A stretch of DNA of 64,000 nt, from contig CP120456.1 of NCBI GenBank assembly GCA_034226945.1, forward strand, positions 62,001-126,000, written 5' to 3'. Numbering within the stretch: the stretch's first letter is position 1; each line of letters opens with the position of its first letter. The translations under genes were made by a program, and so were the position numbers. This DNA comes from Picochlorum sp. SENEW3. Taxonomy: Eukaryota. Of this stretch, positions 32,453 through 42,995 are shown piece by piece. The notes under the pieces are model-generated. The model was not told the DNA's origin. It did not search any database and saw only the letters and a list, made by a program, of their open reading frames with translations.

Positions 32453-35107
32453 ATGGGTCGTCACGACGCGCATGGCTCCTCTGGTGAGGAAGGATATAGT
32501 GGGAGTATTAATATTGGACTACATAGGAAGAAATTGGAGAGACTGAGTGCTGTGGAGGATATTCAGGTGGAGGTCTCCGTGTCTGAATTAGAACGTGCTA
32601 TTGAAGAGCGAGGACTGGACCAGGTGATGGTGGTGCGGTCTCAGGAGAAGGATGGATTGAATATGATGATTCCAGAGGATAGATTGGGGTTCGATGGGTT
32701 GGAGCGGTATGTGGATCCTTCACTGGAGATTCCGACGATTGATGTGGAGACGCAGGGGGAGGGGCCATTGATGTCTCTTCGGGATTTGAAGGCGTATTTT
32801 GATACCCCTGAGAAGAATAGAAGTCGTTTGTTGAATGTGGTGAGTTTTAATCTGGGGTATACGGCTTTGGATGGGTATATTGTGCCACCAGCTGTGGTGA
32901 GGGACATGGATGTGGTGGGACGGGTGTGGCCCAGTGGGGATGCGCGGTATCAGAAGGATGATAATCCGTTCTCGGAAACGCATACGAAGAAAATGGAGGA
33001 GGCATATTCGTGTCCGAAGACGTTGGCGTACTTGCTGATGGGTCCAGCAGGGGCCTACACGGATTGGCACGTGGACATGGGGGGTAGTTCTGTGTGGTAC
33101 CACGTGATTCGTGGGAGTAAAATATTTATGGCTGCACCTGATACAGAGCATAATAAGAATGAATTTGTGTCGTGGTCTTCGTCAGAAGAGCAGGTGGAGT
33201 TTTTAGGTGATAGGTTGGAAAGGTGTGTTCGACTGAGGCTCATGGCAGGGGATACGCTGTTTCTCCCTGGTGGGTGGTTTCATGCGGTGTCGACGCCAAT
33301 GGATAGTCTTGTCGTGGGTGGGAATTTCATCAATGTGTATAGATTGAAGAATGCGCTCGGTGTTGTGGATATTGAGCGCAGACTGAGAATTGATTCTGAT
33401 GCGCATTATCCAAAATTCAAAATGCTCATGTATTATGCTGCCTGTGATCTTGTGAGGAGGAGTCAACGAGGGCGGGCATTATATGATGATGGAGCAGTGC
33501 ATGGTGTGCCGGCATTGTCTGAGATGGAGATCAAAGGTCTGCCGTATTTGGCTGATTATTTGGAGCACTTTGCAAAGAAGAGGAGGAGAAATGCAAAACA
33601 GAGGCAGATGCGGACAATAGTGGATATTTTGCGGTATGAAATTGAGCGGTACAATCTCACAGATGGAGAGGGTGATGATGCCTCTTCTACACCATGTTCC
33701 ACAGAGAAGGCAAAGGAGAATAAACAGCCATCTCCAGAGATTGCGTCTCTCTGCAATGAAGATGCTCGTACAGAGGCGGACCAGAAGAAGACAAATAAGA
33801 AAGCTGAGAAGAAGAGGAAAATGCGTGAGACATCTGTAGAAGGTGACAGCATTATTGATTTGACAAAGGATTTGCCTGGAGAAGGTGAAGAGATGGACTC
33901 GGATCCAAAGCCAGAGTCTGAGCCTCAGCGGGGACCTGACAAGAAGGGGGCTTCCGCAAAGCTTACAGGCAAAGTTGTGTCATCGAAAGAGGCCAGTGGC
34001 GCACCGCGAAAAGAGGTGAGTAGGAACAATGGTTTCTTTCCAAAGTATAGTGAAAAGGCCTTTGCTGGTCAGAATGAGGATGTTCGCATGAAAGCTTTGC
34101 AAATTCATGCTGCTGTTGCTTCGAATCTCGTAAAAGAGAAGAAGGTTAAAAAGACGAAGCAAGCTTCTCAGGCAACGGATAGTGATACAGTTCTTCGTAA
34201 GGCAGTGGAGCGTAGATTGATTCACATTGAGAAGCTTGTCCGGCAACTGGAAAGTGATCGACGGGTATATGCTCAACATGCGTCTGGAGAAATTCTCTTG
34301 AAGGATCACGGGGAGAAGATCCGAAACAATGTCGATATGTTGTCAAAAGATCTGAGTAAACAAGCAAAGGAATTCGCTAAATTTGTTGAGGATACTCCGA
34401 AGGCCACGGAGCATGTGCGTGTTCTCAAGCCACGATTCTCCAAAACAATCGAGTATTTGGATCGTGAGACACACCGCCACCAAGGGCATCGAGAGGAGCA
34501 TATTGCAAACCCTATGAGTCCAAAATATCATGGTAGGGAGAACACGCAGCCACGTAGAGCAGGGGGGGCGATGGCAACGCAGTTCCGGTTAACAAAGGCA
34601 TCGCCGTTGTCAGTCGATACTCGCATTGAAAAAGAGATCAAGCAGATGAATGGATTGCCACGTGGAAAGCCTCAAACTGACCACTCGAAACAGCTCGACG
34701 CTGTAGTATCAGCTAAAACTCCAGATCAGGCTAAGCCGAAAGGGAAATTGCCAACAGAATCATTGAAAACCACTGGAAAGGACACTTCCGGTGCAGACAT
34801 CATCACTAGAGCACCTACACCCAATCAGACAGATGATGCTCCAAAGCAGACCTCAGCACAAAGGCCGAGAAATGTCATGGACAGCAGGACCTTACGGGTA
34901 GCTCTCAACGTTCTGAGGCAGGAAAATAGATATATGACTCCTAAAGAAATCACTCGATTTGCCTTGGAGCAGGGCATGTTGGATTTCAGGAGCGATTTGG
35001 GAGATTGTATCGGATTCGAACTGTCGGTCGAGTCGCAGGTGCCAAATTCTCGAATCACTCAAGTTAACTGCAGATATGGACTTAAAGACTGGAATACTAC
35101 TCCATAG
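32453..35107 (+). CDS. JmjC histone demethylase (KDM2/7-like) with C-terminal HARE-HTH-like domain
   Basis: TDWHVDMGGSSVWYH, K in GSKIF, and WFHAVSTP Fe/2OG ligands; C-terminal ALNVLRQENRYMTPKEITRFALEQG...YGLKDW. Confidence 0.85.
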   Translation: MGRHDAHGSSGEEGYSGSINIGLHRKKLERLSAVEDIQVEVSVSELERAIEERGLDQVMVVRSQEKDGLNMMIPEDRLGFDGLERYVDPSLEIPTIDVETQGEGPLMSLRDLKAYFDTPEKNRSRLLNVVSFNLGYTALDGYIVPPAVVRDMDVVGRVWPSGDARYQKDDNPFSETHTKKMEEAYSCPKTLAYLLMGPAGAYTDWHVDMGGSSVWYHVIRGSKIFMAAPDTEHNKNEFVSWSSSEEQVEFLGDRLERCVRLRLMAGDTLFLPGGWFHAVSTPMDSLVVGGNFINVYRLKNALGVVDIERRLRIDSDAHYPKFKMLMYYAACDLVRRSQRGRALYDDGAVHGVPALSEMEIKGLPYLADYLEHFAKKRRRNAKQRQMRTIVDILRYEIERYNLTDGEGDDASSTPCSTEKAKENKQPSPEIASLCNEDARTEADQKKTNKKAEKKRKMRETSVEGDSIIDLTKDLPGEGEEMDSDPKPESEPQRGPDKKGASAKLTGKVVSSKEASGAPRKEVSRNNGFFPKYSEKAFAGQNEDVRMKALQIHAAVASNLVKEKKVKKTKQASQATDSDTVLRKAVERRLIHIEKLVRQLESDRRVYAQHASGEILLKDHGEKIRNNVDMLSKDLSKQAKEFAKFVEDTPKATEHVRVLKPRFSKTIEYLDRETHRHQGHREEHIANPMSPKYHGRENTQPRRAGGAMATQFRLTKASPLSVDTRIEKEIKQMNGLPRGKPQTDHSKQLDAVVSAKTPDQAKPKGKLPTESLKTTGKDTSGADIITRAPTPNQTDDAPKQTSAQRPRNVMDSRTLRVALNVLRQENRYMTPKEITRFALEQGMLDFRSDLGDCIGFELSVESQVPNSRITQVNCRYGLKDWNTTP

Positions 35108-35134
35108 TATAGTAAAAATACCATCTAATAAATA

Positions 35135-35711
35135 TTATTGCTTTTCTTGCCTAGGTTCCTCGTGGTCATCCACGTGTGAATCAGGAAATTCCTCCCTGAG
35201 CCTCTCATGAGCCCTATATATCTTTGACAATAAATAAAATGATCCATTCTTCTCATTTGCGTCGTATATCTTCTTGTACTTCTCCATAATCTCTTCCCAC
35301 GTCGCATTCGAATCCACTCCAAGGATCTTTTGAGACTCTTCAAGGGATATCTGTCTCCCTCGTTTGGATGCCTGTTTCACACTCTCAGCGGTTACTCCAC
35401 TCTTTGAAGCATCTATAAACATAACAGTTTCATCTCACGTCGGATCAATTGGTGCAACATCAACATCAACAACGTACTTATGATTGCCTGTTTGTATGCA
35501 GTAGTTGCTGCTCGAAACAAGACCGTTCCTCCTGCCACCAGCAAGTTGGCTATTATCCTCGATGCCTGTAGCATTTCCAATAAATAATTGTGATTAATTT
35601 CAGTGTAACATTCATGGGAATATTCCCACTACGCCACGACTTCTCATTTCTTCAACATGGGTGCCATGTGGAACCTCAAAAGCCACCACAATCAGCTACG
35701 AAACGTACCAT
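35135..35711 (-). CDS. PAM16: Mitochondrial import motor subunit PAM16; exons 35711-35709 (ATG only), 35565-35478, 35412-35135
   Basis: ASRIIANLLVAGG..LFRA...AYKQA; ISLEESQKILGV; NGSFYLLSKIYRAHERL. Confidence 0.9.
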
Positions 35712-36002
35712 ATCCTACCCTACCAAGTCATACGAATAAAATTTGAATTCATTATGTTTCATATTCGGCGAATACGGTCCTTTTGGTAGCATGGGCACAT
35801 ATATTCCTTAAATTGAAATAGTAGTAGGAGCATGTGGTTCCTGTGGAGGGTTGAATGACGGTTGACAAGGTTACAATTCCTGATTTTCTTGTCAAATATA
35901 AGTTACCGAATTTAATGCGGTGAGCAGCGGAACTGCGACAGACAGTCGTGTCAGTTTGCGCTGGACTCAAACATGCAGAAAGATTTGAAAGAGTTTTGAA
36001 AT

Positions 36003-37904
36003 ATGAGGCGAGCGCGGCTTGGATGTACTAGTAATGTGTCTTTGAATAGTCAAAGAGTATGTCGAGTAGCATTTCATGGTGCATCTGGGGTGGGAGGATC
36101 TTGGGTGAAGTTGTGTCCTTTTGGGAACCGGGTTGCGGTTCCTGGCCTTTGTATGTACCCGAGGAGTCTTCCTGATGGCGTCTCTGATGGTAAAAGTAGC
36201 AGCAATGATGTTGGATCTCGACATATGGACATGGATGCTGGCGATGAGGAGGAAAATGATGGGTTTTCTTTGGCTGATTTCAAATTGTCCCCAGAGAACA
36301 AAGTCATCCTTGCATGCGCATTTTCATTTGTCATTGCCCAGATGGACAAGATCAACATTAGTATTGCAGTCATCGAGATGGCAAAAGACTTTGGATGGTC
36401 TCCAACAGTGATTGGTCTGGTACAGTCATCTTTTTTCTATGGATATTTGCTCTCTCAGTTGCAAAAAGGAAGTAGGAGCAAATAAGACTTGGAAGGAATG
36501 AATGCATGCATCGATGATGATCCGCGAGTTTTCCTTGATTTGGTGGATTTTCTTTGATCTGTTCTTTTCTATTAAATAAGTTATGGTTCAATGTATAATA
36601 AGAATGCTTAGGATGCGGTTTTGGAGGAGAGTTGAGGAATCGAGGATTTTGATGGTGGTCAGATGGGTAGAACGAGAGTATAGTTACTGCCATGTAGGGT
36701 AATTCAGTAGTCGAGGTGCCAAACAAACACCTGTTCTTATTATTTGCAATGCAATCTGTATGAATTGGTGCCAGGGGGGTACGCCTCAACAAAGGTTGGA
36801 GGACGAAATGTATTGTATTTTGCCGTCATATCTTTTTCACTGTCAACAATGTGTATTCCTTTCGCTGCTAGCACAATACCGGGACTCTTTTTGTCCAGGG
36901 CAGCGGTTGGTTTTGGTGAGGGACTGTTGCCTGCTGCAGTAACGGATTTGATTGCAAGAACTGTGCAGCCCTCACAAAGATCAGGAGCCACGAGCTTTGT
37001 GTTTGGAGCACTACAGGTAGGCTCACTGGTTGGACTGACTCTTGCTCCCACACTTATTGATGTTTGGGGATGGCCCTCAGTATTTTATATGTTTGGCGGT
37101 GGGGGTCTGCTATTTTTTATTTGGTGGAACCAAGTTCTCACAGAAATCGAAAAGACAACTCCGGGTATATTTGCTCCAGTGGTGGACACGAGTGTCGTTC
37201 CTGAGAACTTGGAGGATGATCAAGTTCCATGGAGAGCATTTGCGAGGGCGAAACCTGTCCAAGCCCTTTGTTTCGTCCATTTCGTGCACAATTGGTTCCA
37301 TTATACAATGCTAGCATGGCTACCTACATATTTGACAGATTCCATGTCATTGCCCTTATCAACCGCTGCAAAGATTGCCCTACTACCCCCAATTGCAGCA
37401 TCAATAGTGTCGGGAGTTGCTGGACCTTCAGCAGATGCATTAATCGCTAGGGGAATCCCAGTTGGTATTGTTCGAAAGTGCGCTCAGACGATTGCTTTCT
37501 TGGGGCCAGCATTGTGCCTGTCTGGTGCATCCTTCGTGGACGATGATCCTATATCGTCAATAGCATTAATTACATTATCATTAGGAATATCTTCCTTCTC
37601 GTTAGCTGGATTATACTGCAATCATGCGGATTTGTCTCCAAAGTATGCACCCGTGCTGATTGGTGCCACAAATACTGTTGGAGCCATTCCTGGAATTGTT
37701 GGGGTTGTGTTGGTGGGAAAGATATACGATTCAACCGACTCATGGGCTCTGTCTCTTTTCGCGCCTGCAATTACCTTATTTGTTCTAGGTACTGTCGTGT
37801 TTTGGGTTAGTGGGGCTGCAACAAGACAGAACTTTGAGAGGAAATCTAGAAATGTCAAATTTGGCTGGGAGGAATACTGGCCAAACATGAAAAAACTTCA
37901 ATAA
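36003..37904 (+). CDS. PHT4: Plastid PHT4/ANTR (SLC17-type MFS) anion/phosphate transporter, interrupted at ~36459-36767
   Basis: MDKINISIA, GLVQSSFFYGYLLSQ, PGG, GFGEG, GWPSVFY, WLPTY and HADLSPKYA motifs. Confidence 0.85.
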
Positions 37905-37954
37905 TATATTAGACGAATGCGCATGCTTAACGTTTCTTTTGTTACACGAATGAA

Positions 37955-39553
37955 TCATCGTCGCATTTGAATCCCTGCTCGAAGAACCTCATCAACCAGG
38001 AGTAGTTGGGAGGCAATCACAGGAGCACTCTGCAGCACCTGGCGCTTCACAATATAGTTATCATATATTCCTGACAGATGTGGATCATTTGGAAGACCCG
38101 ATGAAATATCAAATCCGACACACAAACCATCCGCCTGTTCCTCTGCAAGTGCTATCACAGTCTCCTGGGGATCATACCCAGAGTTCTCAGCCAATATTTT
38201 AGGAATGCCCATCAATGCTTCTGCAAAAGCTTCAATACCTATCTTACTCTTTCCACTCACTTTTTTCATAGTATGCTCTCGCAAATGGGCTGCGCATGCT
38301 ACCTCGAACGCTCCTGCACCTGGAACCAATGCTTCGTCATCCAGGCAATTCTTGACAGCCCTGAGCCCATCCCTGACGGCATCCTTGAGTTGGGCAATGG
38401 TGTGATCATTTGGTCCTTTGATGAGAATCGTACACGACGTTGGGTTGGCTACATCCTCAACGAATGTATATTTTTCTTCTCCCAAAATATGCTCGTATAC
38501 TTTTCCAGCCTTTCCCAGACAAGCAGGCTCCAACTCCTCCACAGAGTTGATTGTCAGCCCCCCGCAGGCAAGCTGCAGCCGCTCCATATTCCTCTTCTTT
38601 GCTCGTCGTAATGCCATAATACCTTCTTTAGCCAACAAATCTAGAGATTGCAGATCGATACCTTTCTGGTTCACGACCAAGAAGGAAGAGTTTGAATCTG
38701 TGCACACCTGTCTCTTGAGTTGAATAATCCTCTGCACCTTTTCATCCGTCACAGCTCGCTCCGCAGCAACCAGCTTTTCCCGCTGCTCAGCACTCGAGTA
38801 GAAAAATCCAGAATTCACCTCTGACTTCTCATACTCCAAACTGATATTGCAGTTCAACACAAAAACATTCTCCATAATCTTGGGCATATCTGGGTGTCTG
38901 GCTCCATGGTCCAAGACTAATCCACGAATCAACTTGGTATCAGAAGACAATTTATGACGCATTGTCATAATCTCTACCATGTGCAAATCTATTGGCTGAT
39001 CTGGCTTCTTGATTGTCAGCACAGCATCAACAACAGCATCTGTCAACTGATCAGCAAGCTGCTCCCTCAACTTTGTCCTCAAAGACGTCCGAGCCACACA
39101 ATGCAGAGTCTCTCTATCTTCTGCACCTACATCTTCCTTATATTCCTTTAAGAACTCAACAGCCGCCCTCTTTGCCACCTCATATCCCTCAGAAATCACC
39201 CTTGGATGCACACCCTCTGACAAATACCGCTCCGCCTGCTTCATCAGTTCACCAATCAACAACACCGTAGACGTCGTTCCATCCCCTGTTATATCATCCT
39301 GCGCCACCGCAGCACGAGCAATCATCACAGCCGTTGGATTCTGAATCTGCATCTCCCTCAACAAGACATTGCCATCCTTGGTCAACTTGATATCTCCAGC
39401 CCCTCCGACCAACATCTTAATGGTCCCTTTCGGACCCAAATTCGTCTTCATCACATCATACAACCCCTTGGCAGCATTGATATTCATAAACAACGCAGCC
39501 TGACTCCCCATCACTTCTGCATTCGCGTTCAAGCTCCTCACACCGCTAGACAT
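37955..39553 (-). CDS. CCT6: Chaperonin CCT zeta subunit
   Basis: [33 protein letters not shown] and [14 protein letters not shown] motifs. Confidence 0.96.
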   Translation of the reverse strand: MSSGVRSLNANAEVMGSQAALFMNINAAKGLYDVMKTNLGPKGTIKMLVGGAGDIKLTKDGNVLLREMQIQNPTAVMIARAAVAQDDITGDGTTSTVLLIGELMKQAERYLSEGVHPRVISEGYEVAKRAAVEFLKEYKEDVGAEDRETLHCVARTSLRTKLREQLADQLTDAVVDAVLTIKKPDQPIDLHMVEIMTMRHKLSSDTKLIRGLVLDHGARHPDMPKIMENVFVLNCNISLEYEKSEVNSGFFYSSAEQREKLVAAERAVTDEKVQRIIQLKRQVCTDSNSSFLVVNQKGIDLQSLDLLAKEGIMALRRAKKRNMERLQLACGGLTINSVEELEPACLGKAGKVYEHILGEEKYTFVEDVANPTSCTILIKGPNDHTIAQLKDAVRDGLRAVKNCLDDEALVPGAGAFEVACAAHLREHTMKKVSGKSKIGIEAFAEALMGIPKILAENSGYDPQETVIALAEEQADGLCVGFDISSGLPNDPHLSGIYDNYIVKRQVLQSAPVIASQLLLVDEVLRAGIQMRR

Positions 39554-40298
39554 CTTGAAATCAACCTCTGTAAGATATCAAAGCACTATAAAATACCAGA
39601 AAATCCAATGAGACCCCTGTCAAAACCAAAAGTCGCCGATCGACCGATCAATCCAAACTCCAACTCGTTCAGTCCTCTCAGGTAGAGCTCCAGTATATGC
39701 TATCCAACCACAGCTATGAATTCAAATGGATATATACTTGTATTCAACAGTGCCCATTGTCGGAAACATGGCCCTATATTCGAATCCAGTCAACCTCATT
39801 AGTATCAATTGCCAAAGGTCCTATCCAAGAGTACCTTGGATAGGACATGGCGCAATCATTGGCGTTGGAAGGGTCCATGCAGTCAACAAGAGCCATTCTT
39901 TCACCACTCTTCGTCAGAAGAAGGACTGACGAGGCCAGGGCATTGCCCATCCATGCCCAGAGAGATACACATCTCCCTCGGGGGCCGAGCATGAGCATTA
40001 CCATCAGCAGTGTGGGATTTGTGTTGTCCATCATGGCACATGGGCAAGAGCCTATGCTTGGGAATCTGTAGAATGGAGATGAAACTGCAAACCAGACACG
40101 CATTTGCTCATAATTAAAATAATACGAAATCTGGAGTACATCGGTATGCCATATGGTCGTGGTGTGCGGTTGAAAATTGAAATTGCACATCCGACAGACG
40201 TGCGTTGGAAGAAAAAGGTTGGCCAGGTTTGTGGCGACGGAGGCACTATATCCGTTATGGATGCGCTTGAGTGAGTTTTTTCATTCGTGTTATTGAGA

Positions 40299-41444
40299 AT
40301 GGAAGAGCAGAGGCAGCGGCGGAAGAGGACTGCACGGGGGGAGGAGGTGTCGCCTTCTCGGCAGGAGGGGAGGAGTTCTGGAGTGCCCCCTTGGCGTGGT
40401 ATATGGGGGCAGCAGTTGGCGGTGCCGGCGAGAGTGTCATCTCCTTCTAAGTCTATAGAGAGGAAAAAGTGCAATTGCAAGAATTCTAGGTGTCTGAAGC
40501 TATACTGTGAGTGCTTTGCTGCTGGGAGGTACTGTGATGGGTGTAATTGTGTGGATTGCCATAATAATGAGGAGCATGCGAGCGCTCGTGATGAGGCGGT
40601 GGCGAATGTGTTGGAGAGGAACCCGAATGCTTTCCGGCCAAAGGTGGTTGAGGGGGAGAAGCATCATAAGAAAGGGTGCAATTGTAAGAAGAGTGGGTGC
40701 TTGAAGAATTACTGTGAATGCTTTCAAGCTGGGGTGCTGTGCACGGAGAGTTGTGGATGTGTAGGTTGTAAGAATTTTGAAGGGAGTCCATTCAAGACGG
40801 CACTGCAGTATGAGGGGGAAAACACGGGTGCTTTGACGGGCACGGGGGAGACGATGCGAGCAGCAAGGCAGAGCATAGCAAGCCCAGTGCAGCTGTCTCC
40901 TCAGAAGGCTCCGGCTACATTCGTTGCACCTCTGCAGGCAGCATTGTCATTAGATCAGCATAATGAGACACGGGCCATGTGTGTGCAAGATGTTGTCACG
41001 CCGGAAGTTATTGAACAGGTCTGCACGCTGTTGATGCTGCTGGCAGATGAAAACTTGGAAAAACTCCAACAGTCAAACGAAATAGTTGACGGCATTTTGT
41101 CTGGAAATACCGAATTATTGAGTTCACTTGATGTTGATCAGGTGACGTCATTTGTGGAGGGATTGACATTGTGGAGTCGTGAGCAAGAGCGTATTATGGA
41201 TGAAGAATTTGTGTCAACTGCAAAAAAGATATGCCAGACAATCGATGAAAAGATTGCAGAAAAGACAAGGATGTTTCAGATGCACCAGAATATGTTGATT
41301 CAGTCGCTACTTGCCCAACAGCAGCAGGGAAGGTTGTTGAGATCGCCTCCTCGACCACTGTACATGCCCCATGCCAGTGGGGCACCTGAGCAGGCGCCTC
41401 GAGAACACCAGCAGGATGAAACTCGACCAAAAGACCATAGATGA
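40299..41444 (+). CDS. Tesmin/TSO1-like CXC-hinge-CXC protein (LIN54/TCX family)
   Basis: CNCKNSRCLKLYCECF, RNPNAFRPK and GCNCKKSGCLKNYCECF motifs. Confidence 0.93.
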   Translation: MEEQRQRRKRTARGEEVSPSRQEGRSSGVPPWRGIWGQQLAVPARVSSPSKSIERKKCNCKNSRCLKLYCECFAAGRYCDGCNCVDCHNNEEHASARDEAVANVLERNPNAFRPKVVEGEKHHKKGCNCKKSGCLKNYCECFQAGVLCTESCGCVGCKNFEGSPFKTALQYEGENTGALTGTGETMRAARQSIASPVQLSPQKAPATFVAPLQAALSLDQHNETRAMCVQDVVTPEVIEQVCTLLMLLADENLEKLQQSNEIVDGILSGNTELLSSLDVDQVTSFVEGLTLWSREQERIMDEEFVSTAKKICQTIDEKIAEKTRMFQMHQNMLIQSLLAQQQQGRLLRSPPRPLYMPHASGAPEQAPREHQQDETRPKDHR

Positions 41445-41489
41445 CAGATTGATACCACGATGACGACGTTTTCATTAAATTACAAGTAA

Positions 41490-42248
41490 TTAATACAAGG
41501 TCAGGAGTGCAAATGCTGTGTACATGAGAATGCATGGATAGGTAACCACCAGCATCTGCCCTCGCAGCAACCGACTCCTCAATATGAACAATTTAGACGC
41601 TGTAATAGCCGCCCAAAATACCGCAATTATTGCTATAACGATTGTAACAATCGATCTCCTCGGAAACATGAGTGACAGCATGGCATGAATCACGAGAGGA
41701 ATGAGGGAATATCCAACTATTGAGCAACATGAATACAGATCCAGCTTTCTACCCTCTTCCCCAGTTTCATCATTTCCCGACGCTATACTGCTCAATATGA
41801 ACCATAAAAGCACAGATCCAACCACCATCCATCCTAAAATATACCCAAAATGCAGTTTTCCAACCAAGAGATGGGCCATGGCAAATATCGACATGAATAT
41901 GATTGGGCCTCCCAAATCCAATGAATCCGCATCTGTTTCAGAAAATCTAAATGTCAAGATAGACTTGATCCTATGAAGTATTGCTGGGACATCGATGCCC
42001 AATTCTTCCAGAAGAGGTGCATCCTCATCAAATGTCCCATACTCTCCCCCAACCCCACCTCCACTATACGCGTACTGAGCTGGGTTATACGGTGCCACCT
42101 GGGGATGAACATTCGGCCCATACATACCCCCACTACTCATATTTCCCATGGCAGCCCCAGGCGTTCCGGAAGAGTACCATTCTACATTCTGTTGCTGCTG
42201 GTATTGCCCAAAAGAACCATACTGCTGCTGCTGTTGAGACGATGCCAT
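41490..42248 (-). CDS. YIP1: YIP1-family (YIPF5-like) Golgi/ER membrane protein
   Basis: PLLEELGI, DLGGP, GKLHFGYI, SIVGYSLIP and YPC motifs. Confidence 0.9.
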   Translation of the reverse strand: MASSQQQQQYGSFGQYQQQQNVEWYSSGTPGAAMGNMSSGGMYGPNVHPQVAPYNPAQYAYSGGGVGGEYGTFDEDAPLLEELGIDVPAILHRIKSILTFRFSETDADSLDLGGPIIFMSIFAMAHLLVGKLHFGYILGWMVVGSVLLWFILSSIASGNDETGEEGRKLDLYSCCSIVGYSLIPLVIHAMLSLMFPRRSIVTIVIAIIAVFWAAITASKLFILRSRLLRGQMLVVTYPCILMYTAFALLTLY

Positions 42249-42578
42249 CACAACAGGACCTATCTAAATATATGCAATTCAATTATTGACTCTTCCACGC
42301 TATCCTACAGTCGCTCGCCACAGGTGACTTGATAAACAACAACAATCAAGGATCCGAGTGCCTGTCCCATGTATACATGCCAGCGATGACTCCTGATAGA
42401 CCATATGGATTTTTTAATGAAAGATATTCCATAGGAAGCGTGTGCTGCCCGTGTTTGAAAGTGAAGCATTGTGTTGTACGCAATGTTTTTATTACGATAT
42501 CCGAGCATGGACTGGCCGTTGGTTTGGTGCTGCATCACAGCCTTGCTCATAGGTTTCTCTTTTTAAAATGAATCCAGC

Positions 42579-42983
42579 ATGTTCTATTCCTTCATGGTAC
42601 CAACAGTAGTCCCTCAGACACCGAATGAGCTGCTGAGGGAGCATACCACGTACGAAGAGACTGTTGGAAAAGAAGACATCCTCTGCGAAGAGTTTGATAA
42701 GATACATCAGTACATGCATGGACAAGTAAATGAAAGAAACGCGAAACTGTACATGTATATGCCAAAAGGGAGCGACGTACAACAAGTTGACGGTACTCAG
42801 GAGGGGAGAGGAGCTCCTCAGGACGACGACGACGATTTGTCAGGTGATCAAAGCTCAGCTTCTTCTCTCCATTCATCACCATCAAGCTTTGAAGATCTTG
42901 CTGGGGATCATGGAGATCTCATAGCTCAATTAGAGAGGATACCTGTGTCTAATGGTGCCGAACTAGACGAGTTTTTTGATTAA
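42579..42983 (+). CDS. Small acidic protein, possibly APC15-like
   Basis: 134-aa ORF; N-terminal SFMVPTVVPQ..ELL loosely resembles plant APC15; acidic tail. Confidence 0.45.
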   Translation: MFYSFMVPTVVPQTPNELLREHTTYEETVGKEDILCEEFDKIHQYMHGQVNERNAKLYMYMPKGSDVQQVDGTQEGRGAPQDDDDDLSGDQSSASSLHSSPSSFEDLAGDHGDLIAQLERIPVSNGAELDEFFD

Positions 42984-42995
42984 TAGTGCTACGCC

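Noticed and set aside
36370..36792. 140-aa minus-strand ORF across the PHT4 insert as a real gene
   Set aside because: TTG start, overlaps PHT4 exons, no recognisable domain.
39790..39815. U4 snRNA (CTAATGAGGTT match)
   Set aside because: The U6-pairing CTTTGCGC, CGAGGCGCG and Sm site are absent.
39880..39935. Hammerhead ribozyme (minus-strand CTGACGA...GAAA...TC)
   Set aside because: Stem I cannot pair next to the core and stem II is only one base pair.
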